A program made the translations under genes and the position numbers. Below, in pieces: positions 19,814 to 29,170 of a stretch of 64,000 nt of DNA (position 1 is its first letter; every line of letters starts with the position of its first letter). The notes beneath the pieces are model-generated. The model had not been told where the DNA came from. It searched no databases and saw nothing but the letters and a program-made list of their open reading frames with translations. The stretch is taken from contig CALOCV010000027.1 of the NCBI GenBank assembly GCA_942491955.1, forward strand, positions 250 through 64,249. Direction: 5' to 3'. The stretch comes from Parachlamydiales bacterium. GTDB taxonomy: Bacteria > Chlamydiota > Chlamydiia > Chlamydiales > CALOCV01.

Positions 19814-20138
19814 GGCGTGTCATCAATTGGATGAATTTGTAGATCATGGTAGATGATTTGACGATGGATCGTGTGGAAGCCGAAGCCAACTGTAATCAGT
19901 TAGCGAGGCTGAACACGATTTATTGTCAAATCAGATACTGTGAGATGCAATTTTAGACGATTGATGACACGCCCTAGGGCATGTCATCAATTGGATGAAT
20001 TTGTAGATCATGGTAGATGATTTGACGATGGATCGTGTGGAAGCCGAAGCCAACTGTAATCAGTTAGCGAGGCTGAACACGATTTATCGTCAAATCAGAT
20101 ACTGTGAGATGCAATTTTAGACGATTGATGACACGCCC
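19813..20138 (+). mobile_element. MITE family B, two tandem 162-bp copies (19813-19974, 19977-20138)
   Basis: TIR GGGCGTGTCATCAA/TTGATGACACGCCC; TA before, between and after; copies differ at about 2 positions; GGGCG follows at 20141. Confidence 0.9.
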
Positions 20139-20168
20139 TAGGGCGGGATTTTTTAGGGGATTTGCGAA

Positions 20169-21155
20169 TTAGCTTTGGGTGAGAGCTTGTAAGAAGGGTG
20201 TGATGCCTTCACCTGTTGTTGCGGAGAGGAGGAAGGTATGGGAGGTTTTTTCTGGGAAGCGGGAGAGAAATTGTTCGGTATGTTGTTGGGCTTCTTCGGC
20301 ATCTTGTTTATTGAGGATGATATGGAAGGGGCGTTGGAGGAGGGTCGGGTTATAGGCGTTGAGTTCTTGTTGTAGGGTGAGGTAGTCATCGATGGGGTTG
20401 CGTCCGTCGATACCGCTGGCATCGAGGATGAAGACGAGGTGTTTTGTTCGTTCGATATGGCGTAAGAAGTCGAGGCCGAGGCCGCGATTTTGGTGAGCAT
20501 CAGCGATAATACCAGGGATATCGGCAAGGAAGACCCGTTGTTTTTCTTTGGTTTCGATAAAGCTGATGTGGGGTTTGAGGGTGGTGAAGGGATAGGCGCC
20601 GATTTTTGAGGAGGAGCGGGTAAGGTGGGAGAAGAGGGTGGATTTTCCGGCATTGGGGAATCCGACAAAGCCGACATCGGCGATGAGTTTGAGTTCGAGT
20701 GCAACGGAGAGTTCTTTCCCCATTTTTCCTGGGGTAGCGAAGTGGGGTGTTTGTCGGGTTGGTGTGGCAAAAAAGGCGTTACCAAGGCCACCTTTTCCTC
20801 CTTCGCAGAGCAGAATCCGTTCACCATCTTCTGTTAAATCGGAGAGGAGGGTACCTGTTTCGGCATCTTTAATAAGAGTACCGCAAGGGACATGGATGGT
20901 GAGGTTTTCTCCTCTTTTTCCTTGGCATTGATTGGTTCCGCCATCTTTTCCATTTTGGGCTCGGAGAAAGCGGGCATTGCGGAAGGAATCTAGACAGAAG
21001 AGTTGGGCCGAGGCTTCGACAAAGATGGAGCCTCCTTTACCACCGTTACCTCCGGAGGGACCGCCTTTGGGGAGATATTTTGCGCGGTGCCAAGAGACGA
21101 CACCGTTACCTCCTTTACCAGCCTTTAGAGTGATGCGGACGTAATCGGTAAACAT
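20169..21155 (-). CDS. obgE: GTPase ObgE/CgtA
   Basis: Gly-rich Obg fold, GFPNAGKST, YPFTT, DIPG, NKQD. Confidence 0.97.
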   Translation of the reverse strand: MFTDYVRITLKAGKGGNGVVSWHRAKYLPKGGPSGGNGGKGGSIFVEASAQLFCLDSFRNARFLRAQNGKDGGTNQCQGKRGENLTIHVPCGTLIKDAETGTLLSDLTEDGERILLCEGGKGGLGNAFFATPTRQTPHFATPGKMGKELSVALELKLIADVGFVGFPNAGKSTLFSHLTRSSSKIGAYPFTTLKPHISFIETKEKQRVFLADIPGIIADAHQNRGLGLDFLRHIERTKHLVFILDASGIDGRNPIDDYLTLQQELNAYNPTLLQRPFHIILNKQDAEEAQQHTEQFLSRFPEKTSHTFLLSATTGEGITPFLQALTQS

Positions 21156-21161
21156 AAATTA

Positions 21162-21404
21162 TCATTGTATAGAGACAAACGTCTTTTTCCCTTTACGGAA
21201 AGCGACGGTGCCATCGACAAGAGCAAACAGGGTATCGTCTTTTCCTCGACCGACATTGATTCCGGGATGCCATTTGGTTCCGCGTTGACGAACGAGGATG
21301 CTACCTGCTCGTACGGGTTCTCCGGCGCCGACTTTAATACCGAGTCGTTGCGAATGTGAGTCGCGTCCGTTGCGCGATGATCCTTGACCTTTCTTATGTG
21401 CCAT
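21162..21404 (-). CDS. rpmA: 50S ribosomal protein L27
   Basis: [22 protein letters not shown]. Confidence 0.98.
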   Translation of the reverse strand: MAHKKGQGSSRNGRDSHSQRLGIKVGAGEPVRAGSILVRQRGTKWHPGINVGRGKDDTLFALVDGTVAFRKGKKTFVSIQ

Positions 21405-21410
21405 AGGACA

Positions 21411-21758
21411 TTACTCCCCTTTTGCTGCTTGCGTTGTTTTCTTTGTTTTTGCTTGAATACCTGTGATTTCGACACGATTATAGTGTTGTCGATGGCCGAG
21501 GTGGTAGCGTTCGTTTTGTCGGCGTTGGTATTTCATGCTTTTGACTTTTTTTCCTCGGGAGCGGCCGAGAACTTTTCCTTTTACTTTAAAGGAAGAGAGC
21601 GTTGGTGCTCCGATGAATGTCGTGGTTCCGTCATGGACGAAAAGGACTTCGGGAAAATCGACTTCGCTGCCTTCTTCTTCGTTTAGAAGTTCAACATCGA
21701 TGACATCGCCTTGTTGGACGCGTTGTTGTTTACCACCGGTTCGGATAATTGCGTACAT
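21411..21758 (-). CDS. rplU: 50S ribosomal protein L21
   Basis: MYAIIRTGGKQ...GHRQ; start placed at the MYAII Met after GGGGG. Confidence 0.97.
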   Translation of the reverse strand: MYAIIRTGGKQQRVQQGDVIDVELLNEEEGSEVDFPEVLFVHDGTTTFIGAPTLSSFKVKGKVLGRSRGKKVKSMKYQRRQNERYHLGHRQHYNRVEITGIQAKTKKTTQAAKGE

Positions 21759-21864
21759 GAACCCCCCTAAAGGAATCATTAAAATGTGAAAAGGAGAATG
21801 GTATCGCAAAACTCATTTGAAATCAATTACAAAATATTCATACTCGAATTCGTAACAGGAAGAG

Positions 21865-22839
21865 TTGTCCATGAGTACCATTTGGATCAAAAGCCCGGTT
21901 GATTATTGGACTGTTGAGGGGTGGAAGAAACGATTTTTCCAGCATTCGTTTTTTGTTCAGGAAGACTCTCTTCCCGAGGAGCTTCTTGAAACGGTGGAAG
22001 TTATTTTCACCAATGAAATATCTCAAGATATTTTCCATCAATTACCCCAACTTCATTGGATCCATACCCCTTCTCCTGATTTACACAGCCTCCATTGGCC
22101 TTCGATTGAGAAAAAAGAAAACCTTCTTATCACAACAATTCCTGAGGAAAATATTGTTCAGCAGGCGGAATATATCGAAAGTGCTATCCTCTATTTTGCC
22201 AAAAATCTCTCGTATTGGTGTGGTCACAACGAGCAAAACCGCAAGCTCGAGAACGAAGAGATCTACCGCTCTTCGATGTGGTGCATGAAAGGAAAGATCC
22301 ATTTACAAATAGGTCTCTCTCCTCTTGGTGAAATGGTAGCTAAAAGAGCAAGGGAGATGGGGATGGTCGTATGGGGGGTACAAAACAAGCGTTCCTTTCA
22401 TCCTCTTTGCGATAAAACGTTTGGATGGGACGACCTTCATTCGATTCTTCCATCGGCTCATGTGGTCTGTTTTCATCCACAAATCAGTCATCCTCTGTTC
22501 CATTTGTTTGAAAAAGCCGAGTTAGACCTCATCAAAGAGGGTGCTATCCTTGTATTGCTCGATGGGTGGAATATCGTGGATCGCGAAGCATTGCAAAAAC
22601 TTTGTGAAAAGGGAAAATTCCGTGGGGTCATTTGGGATGGTCCTCAAGAGGGGGGGCCTCGCGAAGAGGATCCTCTATGGAAGCTTTCATCTTTACTCTT
22701 AACGCTCGATGTCGCCTCTTTACCCAAAGAAGAATCGAGACAAGGAGCTTCTATATTCGCTTACAATTTGAGGCAGTGGTCGAAGAGAAATTGGAGAGAC
22801 ATGAAGTATCTTGCCTATCCTATAGGCCCTTCTTTATAG
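21865..22839 (+). CDS. D-2-hydroxyacid dehydrogenase-like protein with degenerate motifs
   Basis: Family-like layout (LHWIH, QQAEY, IGLSPLGE...AKRAREMGM) but the catalytic Arg/His positions read LDGW and TLDVA. Confidence 0.6.
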   Translation: MSMSTIWIKSPVDYWTVEGWKKRFFQHSFFVQEDSLPEELLETVEVIFTNEISQDIFHQLPQLHWIHTPSPDLHSLHWPSIEKKENLLITTIPEENIVQQAEYIESAILYFAKNLSYWCGHNEQNRKLENEEIYRSSMWCMKGKIHLQIGLSPLGEMVAKRAREMGMVVWGVQNKRSFHPLCDKTFGWDDLHSILPSAHVVCFHPQISHPLFHLFEKAELDLIKEGAILVLLDGWNIVDREALQKLCEKGKFRGVIWDGPQEGGPREEDPLWKLSSLLLTLDVASLPKEESRQGASIFAYNLRQWSKRNWRDMKYLAYPIGPSL

Positions 22840-22924
22840 AAAAACAGCCACTAAAGTGGCTGAAATTTGCTAAATATAGCCAGTCTCGTGTACTATTTTG
22901 ATATACCGGGGAAGAATCAAAATC

Positions 22925-24049
22925 ATGCATATACCACGTCTCCAATTAAAAAAATTACATTCTCTTTCAACAAAAAAAGTAACCGTTCTCTACGGACCTC
23001 GAAGAGTGGGTAAAACCACTTTATTAAAACATTTTTTGGAAGACAAAGAAAATTACCTATTTGTAACAGGAGAAGATATTTTTGTAAGCAACGCTTTATC
23101 TGAGCTATCCATAGAGAAATTAAAAAATTTTATCGGTGAATATAAACTTCTTATTATTGATGAAGCTCAATATATTCCATCTATTGGAAAAAGTTTAAAA
23201 TTGATCATCGACCATATAGAGGGAGTACAAGTCATTGTTACCGGCTCATCTACCTTTGATCTAACAAAACAAGTGGGGGAGCCGTTGACAGGCCGGCAAA
23301 ATACAATCCAGTTGTTCCCCATTTCTCAGATGGAACTCATGCCGATAGAAAATCGAGTCGAAACCCAAGCCCATCTAGAAACGCGATTGATCTACGGTTC
23401 TTATCCCGAAATATTTACCTTTTCTGGGAATAAAGAGAGGGAAGAATATCTTCACGAACTCGTCGCTTCCTACCTTATTAAAGACATTCTTGCTTTTGAA
23501 GGGGTTCAAAAATCAAAAAAAATGACCGATTTATTGATTCTTCTCGCCCTACAAATTGGAAAAGAAGTTTCGCATAGTGAGCTTGCTACACAGCTTTCTA
23601 TGAGTAAAACAACGGTGGAAAGATATTTAGATTTATTGGAAAAAGTATTTGTTTTAGTCAATATTCGCGGTTTCAGTCGCAATTTACGGAAGGAAGTGAC
23701 CAAAACATCACGTTATTATTTTTATGATAATGGTATTCGGAACGCATTAATTAACAATTTCAATCTTTTAAACCGCCGCAATGACATAGGCGCACTATGG
23801 GAAAATTACCTCATTATGGAACGGATCAAAAAACAAAAATACCAGTCGCTTTGGAGTAGCAATTATTTTTGGCGAACGTATGACCAAAAAGAACTCGACT
23901 GGGTTGAAGAGCGGGAAGGCTCACTCCACGGCTATGAATTTAAATGGAATAAAAAGCATGCCTCCGCTCCAAAACTATGGACTGAAACGTATGCAAACGC
24001 TTCATTCACGTGTATTTCACAAAACAACTACCTATCTTTTATTACCTAA
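22925..24049 (+). CDS. ATP-binding protein (AAA_14 + DUF4143 type)
   Basis: GPRRVGKTT, IIDEAQ, VTGSS, YGSYPE, YFYDNG, GALWEN, YFWRT...ELDWV...EFKW. Confidence 0.85.
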   Translation: MHIPRLQLKKLHSLSTKKVTVLYGPRRVGKTTLLKHFLEDKENYLFVTGEDIFVSNALSELSIEKLKNFIGEYKLLIIDEAQYIPSIGKSLKLIIDHIEGVQVIVTGSSTFDLTKQVGEPLTGRQNTIQLFPISQMELMPIENRVETQAHLETRLIYGSYPEIFTFSGNKEREEYLHELVASYLIKDILAFEGVQKSKKMTDLLILLALQIGKEVSHSELATQLSMSKTTVERYLDLLEKVFVLVNIRGFSRNLRKEVTKTSRYYFYDNGIRNALINNFNLLNRRNDIGALWENYLIMERIKKQKYQSLWSSNYFWRTYDQKELDWVEEREGSLHGYEFKWNKKHASAPKLWTETYANASFTCISQNNYLSFIT

Positions 24050-24260
24050 ATAGTGTCGTCATAAGACTTTGGGTGGTCCAGGTTTGCTTGAAGGGGTTTA
24101 CGAAAGCTGTCTTTATACGAATTATAAAATTTCTTTGCGTCTTAGCGACTTTGCGTTTCAATTTTTTTAGGCAAAACTTCCCCGACAAGACCTTGCTTCA
24201 ACCAATTTTTGAATTTACTTCGGTATAGATGGAGATCCATTTGTGTGTTTGTCAAAAGGA

Positions 24261-24298
24261 CGTCAAACATGCGCTTGATTTTGCGCATGTTGATGACG
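24261..24298 (-). repeat. 38-bp hairpin repeat, copy 2
   Basis: Reverse complement matches 14400-14437 at 36/38. Confidence 0.8.
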
Positions 24299-24342
24299 TT
24301 TTTCAATCGCACTGGGTGCGGAACGTGGGTTGAAAACAAAAA

Positions 24343-24415
<73 letters not shown>

Positions 24416-24530
24416 GAAAAAAAGCGAACAGCAAAATGGGGTAGAAAACCCTTGTTTGCTTTTGTTTGGATATAAGGATACCTTTCTTCTGAATTTCGAG
24501 CAACTTGATCTGAGTATTTTGATAGAGCGG

Positions 24531-24546
24531 TTGATGACACGCCCTA
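24531..24546 (-). repeat. Solo MITE-B terminus
   Basis: TTGATGACACGCCCTA, exact match to the MITE-B right end. Confidence 0.8.
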
Positions 24547-24626
24547 ATGCAATTAAAAATTAAATATTTACTTAAAATATCTTATTGTGTACAATTTGTT
24601 TTCTAATCAATAGGAGTTGGCTATAC

Positions 24627-25568
24627 ATGGATCCTCTAAACACAAAGCACACCCAAGGCAATAATCCTTCAAAAGAGGAGAAACCGGCCTTAACACCTGA
24701 AAACATTGCTGTAGCCAAAAAAATTCTCCAAGAAATGGATAAACCGACGTTCCATCAATATCTCGATAAAGGGCGTGTTGGCCATATTGTCCATACTGCT
24801 CTTTTTTTGTTTTCTAAACGCATCTATCTATTTATTTTTAAACAAGATGCGGTAACTATCGCCTTCCGTCACGTAAAACACACTCCCTCTTCCTCAAATT
24901 TCACGCCACCAACTAAGAACACCCCTTCTTCTCCCTCCTCGCCAACGCCCTCTTCCCCAATAAATCATGGTGAAATCCCTTCTTCTCCTCTCAATGATCA
25001 AGCAGCAGAGCTCTTAAAAAACACCTTCAACCACGACCTAGCTTCGTGGGTTGTTGAACGCCTTCTCCTCCAATCCAATCATCCCAACTTCCCCAAGCTT
25101 GCGCAACTTCCCCAAATAGAACCTCAATCCGATGGGAGAACAAAAATCACCCTGAATTTTGACCGCGAAGGATTCATGAATACGGCAAAAACAATCGAGA
25201 AAAAAGAGATGCAAGACCTCATGGGACAATGGTTTCCACCTTTGCAACTCGGATTTGCCATGCAAACTCTAAAAAAATTTACTCAGGGAAGAAAAGCTAA
25301 GTGCAATCAAACAGTAGAGATAACCTGGAACTCTAGAGCTCAAGAAATCGAATTTAACAATCAAGGTTTTTGGTCTGAAGATTCCAAGGGAAACACAGGC
25401 ATTGTCGTCACAAAAATCGGATTCAAGAATGGTAAATTTATTTTCGAAAAAAGAAATGTCAATCAGCCTAATTTCATATTTAAGTCGATCATGTCGATTG
25501 TTGATAAACAGAATGTATGGGCTAAAGAAGACCTCGAAAAACTTCTCCCTCTACTCGTCTGGGAATAA
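24627..25568 (+). CDS. Hypothetical protein, effector-like architecture
   Basis: AGGAG upstream of MDPLN; hydrophobic/basic segment, PSSPSSPTPSSP linker, unknown C-terminal domain. Confidence 0.65.
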   Translation: MDPLNTKHTQGNNPSKEEKPALTPENIAVAKKILQEMDKPTFHQYLDKGRVGHIVHTALFLFSKRIYLFIFKQDAVTIAFRHVKHTPSSSNFTPPTKNTPSSPSSPTPSSPINHGEIPSSPLNDQAAELLKNTFNHDLASWVVERLLLQSNHPNFPKLAQLPQIEPQSDGRTKITLNFDREGFMNTAKTIEKKEMQDLMGQWFPPLQLGFAMQTLKKFTQGRKAKCNQTVEITWNSRAQEIEFNNQGFWSEDSKGNTGIVVTKIGFKNGKFIFEKRNVNQPNFIFKSIMSIVDKQNVWAKEDLEKLLPLLVWE

Positions 25569-26188
25569 TTTTCCCAACGTCGAGCAAATCCGACAATTCT
25601 CCTCGCGATGCCCCCTGGCGGGACAGTATTCTCGTGCATAGTAGATGATTTGAAGATGGAGGCGATTCCAAACTTTTTTGGGAAAACAAGCTTTAAGGTC
25701 TCTCTCCGTCACTTCAACGCTTCTTCCCTCCGATAAGCCCCATCGCTTTGCGCAACGGTGAATATGGGTGTCTACAGGAAAGGCCACTTGATGAAACGCT
25801 TGGGAAAGGACGACCGACGCCGTCTTGTGTCCCACACCTGGTAGTACCTCCAATTCTTCAAAGGTAGTGGGCACCCCTCCTTCATGTTTTTCTAATAACT
25901 GTTTCGAAAGCTCCCAAATTGCCCTCCCCTTGCGAGGCGCTAAGCCGCATGGTCGAATGATCGAAACGATCTCGTCAACAGAGAGCATGACCATTTCCTC
26001 AGGCGTTGCCGCTCGGGCAAACAAAAGAGGCGTGATGGTATTCACTCGTGCATCGGTGCATTGAGCCGAGAGAACGACGGCGATGAGCAGAGTATAAGGG
26101 TCGCTGTGCTGCAATGGAATGGCGGGCTTAGGGTAGAGCTCCTGCAAAATTTTTTGGATAATAGAGGCTCTTTTTTCTTCTCTTTCAT
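25551..26188 (-). CDS. nth: Endonuclease III; 1-nt frameshift near the start
   Basis: LLIAVVLSAQCTD, LPGVGHKTA, VDTH, C-x6-C-x2-C. ATG at 26188 is 1 nt out of frame across an A6 run (T6 at 26171-26176); correcting it gives MKEKKKRASIIQKILQELYP. Confidence 0.95.
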
Positions 26189-26214
26189 GGATTCTCCACG
26201 CATTGGGGTCAGCA

Positions 26215-26277
26215 TTGGGGTCAGGCCTGACATTCGGACATTTGGAACAAATGTCCGAATGTCAGGCCTGACCCCAA
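26215..26277. repeat. 63-bp perfect palindrome (REPIN-like), dispersed copy
   Basis: 30-bp arms TTGGGGTCAGGCCTGACATTCGGACATTTG, GAA loop; identical to 43061-43123 and 44077-44139. Confidence 0.95.
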
Positions 26278-26280
26278 ACA

Positions 26281-27645
26281 TTATTTCCCTATACACAATT
26301 GCGAAAAGATCGATTTGAGAATATCTTCTGTTACATCCGCTCCGGTAACACTTCCAAGATGCTCCAACGATTCTCGAAGGTCCATGAGCAATAGTTCTGG
26401 AGAACGCTCCTCTTCCATTCCTTCAACGACCTTTTGCAAAGCCTCCACAGCGGCTACGAGTGCTTGATAGTGGCGTACCTGGGTCAATACAACCTCTTCT
26501 TTCGATGGAGGCCCCTTTTTCCACAAGAGCTTTTCCATCTCGGCTCGCAACGCATCCAATCCTTGTTTTTCTTTTGCCGAAAGAGCCACGACATGGGGCA
26601 ATGCAAGAGAGCAAGTCGTATTTTGGATGTCGATTTTATTCCATATGGCAATCGTTTTCTCTGGAGATACCTCTTGTAACAACGTCTCTTCTTCTTGACA
26701 AAGAGGTCGGCTCGCATCAAGGACGAGAAAGAGGAGATCGGCCTCTTGAATCACCTCTTTTGTCCTCCTTATCCCCTCTTTCTCAATCTCTTCCTCAGAG
26801 TGGCGAATCCCCGCTGTGTCAATCACTCGAAAGTGGAATCCTTGAAAACGCATGTGATCCTCAACCAAATCGCGCGTCGTCCCTGCTACTGAGGAGACAA
26901 TCGCACGCTCCTTGTCAAGCAACGCATTCATCAAGGACGATTTCCCTACATTGGGCGCCCCAACAAGACAAAGAGAGAGCCCTTCATGAAGAACCTTCCC
27001 TTGATCAAAGGTGGCTACCAACGCCTGTATCTCCTGTTGTATATTCTGAAGAGAGGTAACCACCTCCTCAAACGAAGCAAAAGCCAAGCCCTCTTCAGGA
27101 AAATCAACCCACGCCTCAAAAAGAGCTGCTGTCTTGGTAAGTGCTTGCTGAAACCCTGTGACTCTTTCTGATAAACGTCCATGTAATTGTTGTTCCGCAG
27201 CAATGAGTGCTTCGTCGCTCCGCGCTCCGATAAGCGCCTGCACTGCCTCCGCTTGAGCCAAGTCGATCTTCCCATTGCGGAAACTGCGGTAGGTGAATTC
27301 TCCTGGACGAGCTGGACGGGCACCAGCAGATAACACGACCTCTAATACGCGCCGAGAGATCAAGCTCCCTCCGTGGCAATGGATCTCAATGGTATCTTCT
27401 CCGGTGTACGATCGCGGCGCTTTCATAACGAGCAACAAGACGCGATCGACACTCTCTCCTTCTAAGGTGCGTACTTCTCCATAATGGACCGTATGCGTAA
27501 CAAAAGAGGAGATAGAACCAGAGAAAATGCGATCGGCAATAGCGATGGCTTCTTTGCCAGAAATGCGAATGACAGCGATCCCCCCTTCTCCTGGAGGAGT
27601 GGCGATAGCAGCTATCGTTTCTTGATCAGAAAAAAACAATCCCAT
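26281..27645 (-). CDS. mnmE: tRNA modification GTPase MnmE (TrmE)
   Basis: TIAAIATPPGEGG, GAPNVGKSS, GTTRD, DTAG, NKID, C-terminal CIGK. Confidence 0.97.
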   Translation of the reverse strand: MGLFFSDQETIAAIATPPGEGGIAVIRISGKEAIAIADRIFSGSISSFVTHTVHYGEVRTLEGESVDRVLLLVMKAPRSYTGEDTIEIHCHGGSLISRRVLEVVLSAGARPARPGEFTYRSFRNGKIDLAQAEAVQALIGARSDEALIAAEQQLHGRLSERVTGFQQALTKTAALFEAWVDFPEEGLAFASFEEVVTSLQNIQQEIQALVATFDQGKVLHEGLSLCLVGAPNVGKSSLMNALLDKERAIVSSVAGTTRDLVEDHMRFQGFHFRVIDTAGIRHSEEEIEKEGIRRTKEVIQEADLLFLVLDASRPLCQEEETLLQEVSPEKTIAIWNKIDIQNTTCSLALPHVVALSAKEKQGLDALRAEMEKLLWKKGPPSKEEVVLTQVRHYQALVAAVEALQKVVEGMEEERSPELLLMDLRESLEHLGSVTGADVTEDILKSIFSQLCIGK

Positions 27646-27748
27646 AATTACAAAAAATTTTACTCGAATATTTTTTTACTGTCAAAGAGCAGAAAAAATG
27701 ATTTCTCAGATGATTGGCTTTTTTTATCATCTTCTCTAAAATGATCCC

Positions 27749-28765
27749 ATGGCCATTTCCCCTTTATCTCATCGATGTCCGTTCCATATCTGCTCCTGTC
27801 ATAGATTCTCTCCAAACCAACCACTTTCTCCTACCCAAAAGCAATGGCTTGAAGACCATTGGAAGAAAACCCAAGAAATTGTCGATTGCAAAAAGAAGCT
27901 GTCAACCACAGCAACTATTCTTGAAAAAAAACAAACATGGATGCTTTTTTCCAGAATCCCTGTTCTACGAATAATCCTCAGAACGTTCCTGCAACGATGG
28001 AATAAAAAATCGATTGTGTCGTTGCAACGACAACAAACCACCTATGACGCAGAACTTGGAAAAATCAAACGACGACTCCGCGAGGAAGCCTTCTCTTCTG
28101 CAACACACCTACCCCGGCCTCTACCCTCCTCTCAACCCTCAAAAAACGATCCCACGCACCCCTCTCTACCCTCTTTCTTTCTCCCTTCATACCGTCCAAC
28201 CACTCCACCTCAGCCCAAATCCATTTTAGACGATTTTGTTCCTAAGGACGTCATCCACCAAGATCTCCACAATCTCTTCGCCACTTTCTGTCGCCACCTT
28301 GGAAACCCCACCATAGAAAAGAGTGCCGACAAAGTAACACTTACCTTTCCTGAAAGAAAAAAAATTACGATGCATGCAGGTGTGTGCAAAGAAATTTTAG
28401 AAAAGAAACAAATCCAGCAGATCGTTTTTTCTATGAAGAGCAATACCATCTCTCTTTGTAGATGCAAAAATAACCGTAAGTGGTTTGCTTTTTCTCCTAA
28501 AGAGGTCGAAGTCCAGATCGATGTTGTGGTACCGGTATTGGGCAAGCAAACCACCATCCTCGATTTTGGTGATCTCTACCTGAAGCCAGAACACATGCCA
28601 AATGACGGAAAAGACATGTTAACCGTGCAACTCAATGAAGAACTTCCCCGATTGATTCGAACCGCTTTTGCAGTCATTACAAAAATTATTGGTCACTCTG
28701 TTCGTCTTTACAAAATGACGGAGCTTGCCGACCATCCCCAAACAGAATGGAAAACCCTCCCGTAA
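27749..28765 (+). CDS. Hypothetical protein, effector-like architecture
   Basis: 338 aa; basic amphipathic FSRIPVLRIILRTFLQRW, coiled coil, Pro-rich linker, unknown domain. Confidence 0.65.
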   Translation: MAISPLSHRCPFHICSCHRFSPNQPLSPTQKQWLEDHWKKTQEIVDCKKKLSTTATILEKKQTWMLFSRIPVLRIILRTFLQRWNKKSIVSLQRQQTTYDAELGKIKRRLREEAFSSATHLPRPLPSSQPSKNDPTHPSLPSFFLPSYRPTTPPQPKSILDDFVPKDVIHQDLHNLFATFCRHLGNPTIEKSADKVTLTFPERKKITMHAGVCKEILEKKQIQQIVFSMKSNTISLCRCKNNRKWFAFSPKEVEVQIDVVVPVLGKQTTILDFGDLYLKPEHMPNDGKDMLTVQLNEELPRLIRTAFAVITKIIGHSVRLYKMTELADHPQTEWKTLP

Positions 28766-28778
28766 AAAATCTTCATCA

Positions 28779-29114
28779 TTACTGCGGACGATAAGGATAT
28801 TGTCTTCCTGTGGGCGGTTCATACTCGCTGCGATGAGAGCGCCGTCGGAAGTTGTTAGCACGGATGCGCGTGTTTCCCTCAAGATAGGCTCTTTTTTGGT
28901 ATTGCCAGTTCTCGCGAACATCCCAGTTCGCTCGATCGCGGTTTCTCTCGTACAAATCGAGCCGATCACTTCGCCGAGTCAACAACCCCTCTCCTTCTTC
29001 TTTAGGCCACCACAATGTGGAAAACACGAGTGAAGGGATCAACACAACCCCTACTACCAAGAAGAGAAAATACCATTGCAACCGTTGTTGCGTGATCGAT
29101 TCCAACATATTCAT
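28779..29114 (-). CDS. Small membrane-anchored hypothetical protein
   Basis: One TM segment then an Arg-rich tail; no family recognised. Confidence 0.45.
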   Translation of the reverse strand: MNMLESITQQRLQWYFLFLVVGVVLIPSLVFSTLWWPKEEGEGLLTRRSDRLDLYERNRDRANWDVRENWQYQKRAYLEGNTRIRANNFRRRSHRSEYEPPTGRQYPYRPQ

Positions 29115-29170
29115 ATATCATCAGGAAATTTTTTTCTTGTCAATTCACTGGAATGTGTTAAAAAAAAAAT

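Noticed and set aside
24113-24228. Possible degenerate TAC-ended MITE near tRNA-Phe
   Set aside because: TIR match is poor, flanks differ (TTA vs TAG) and there is no second copy in the window.
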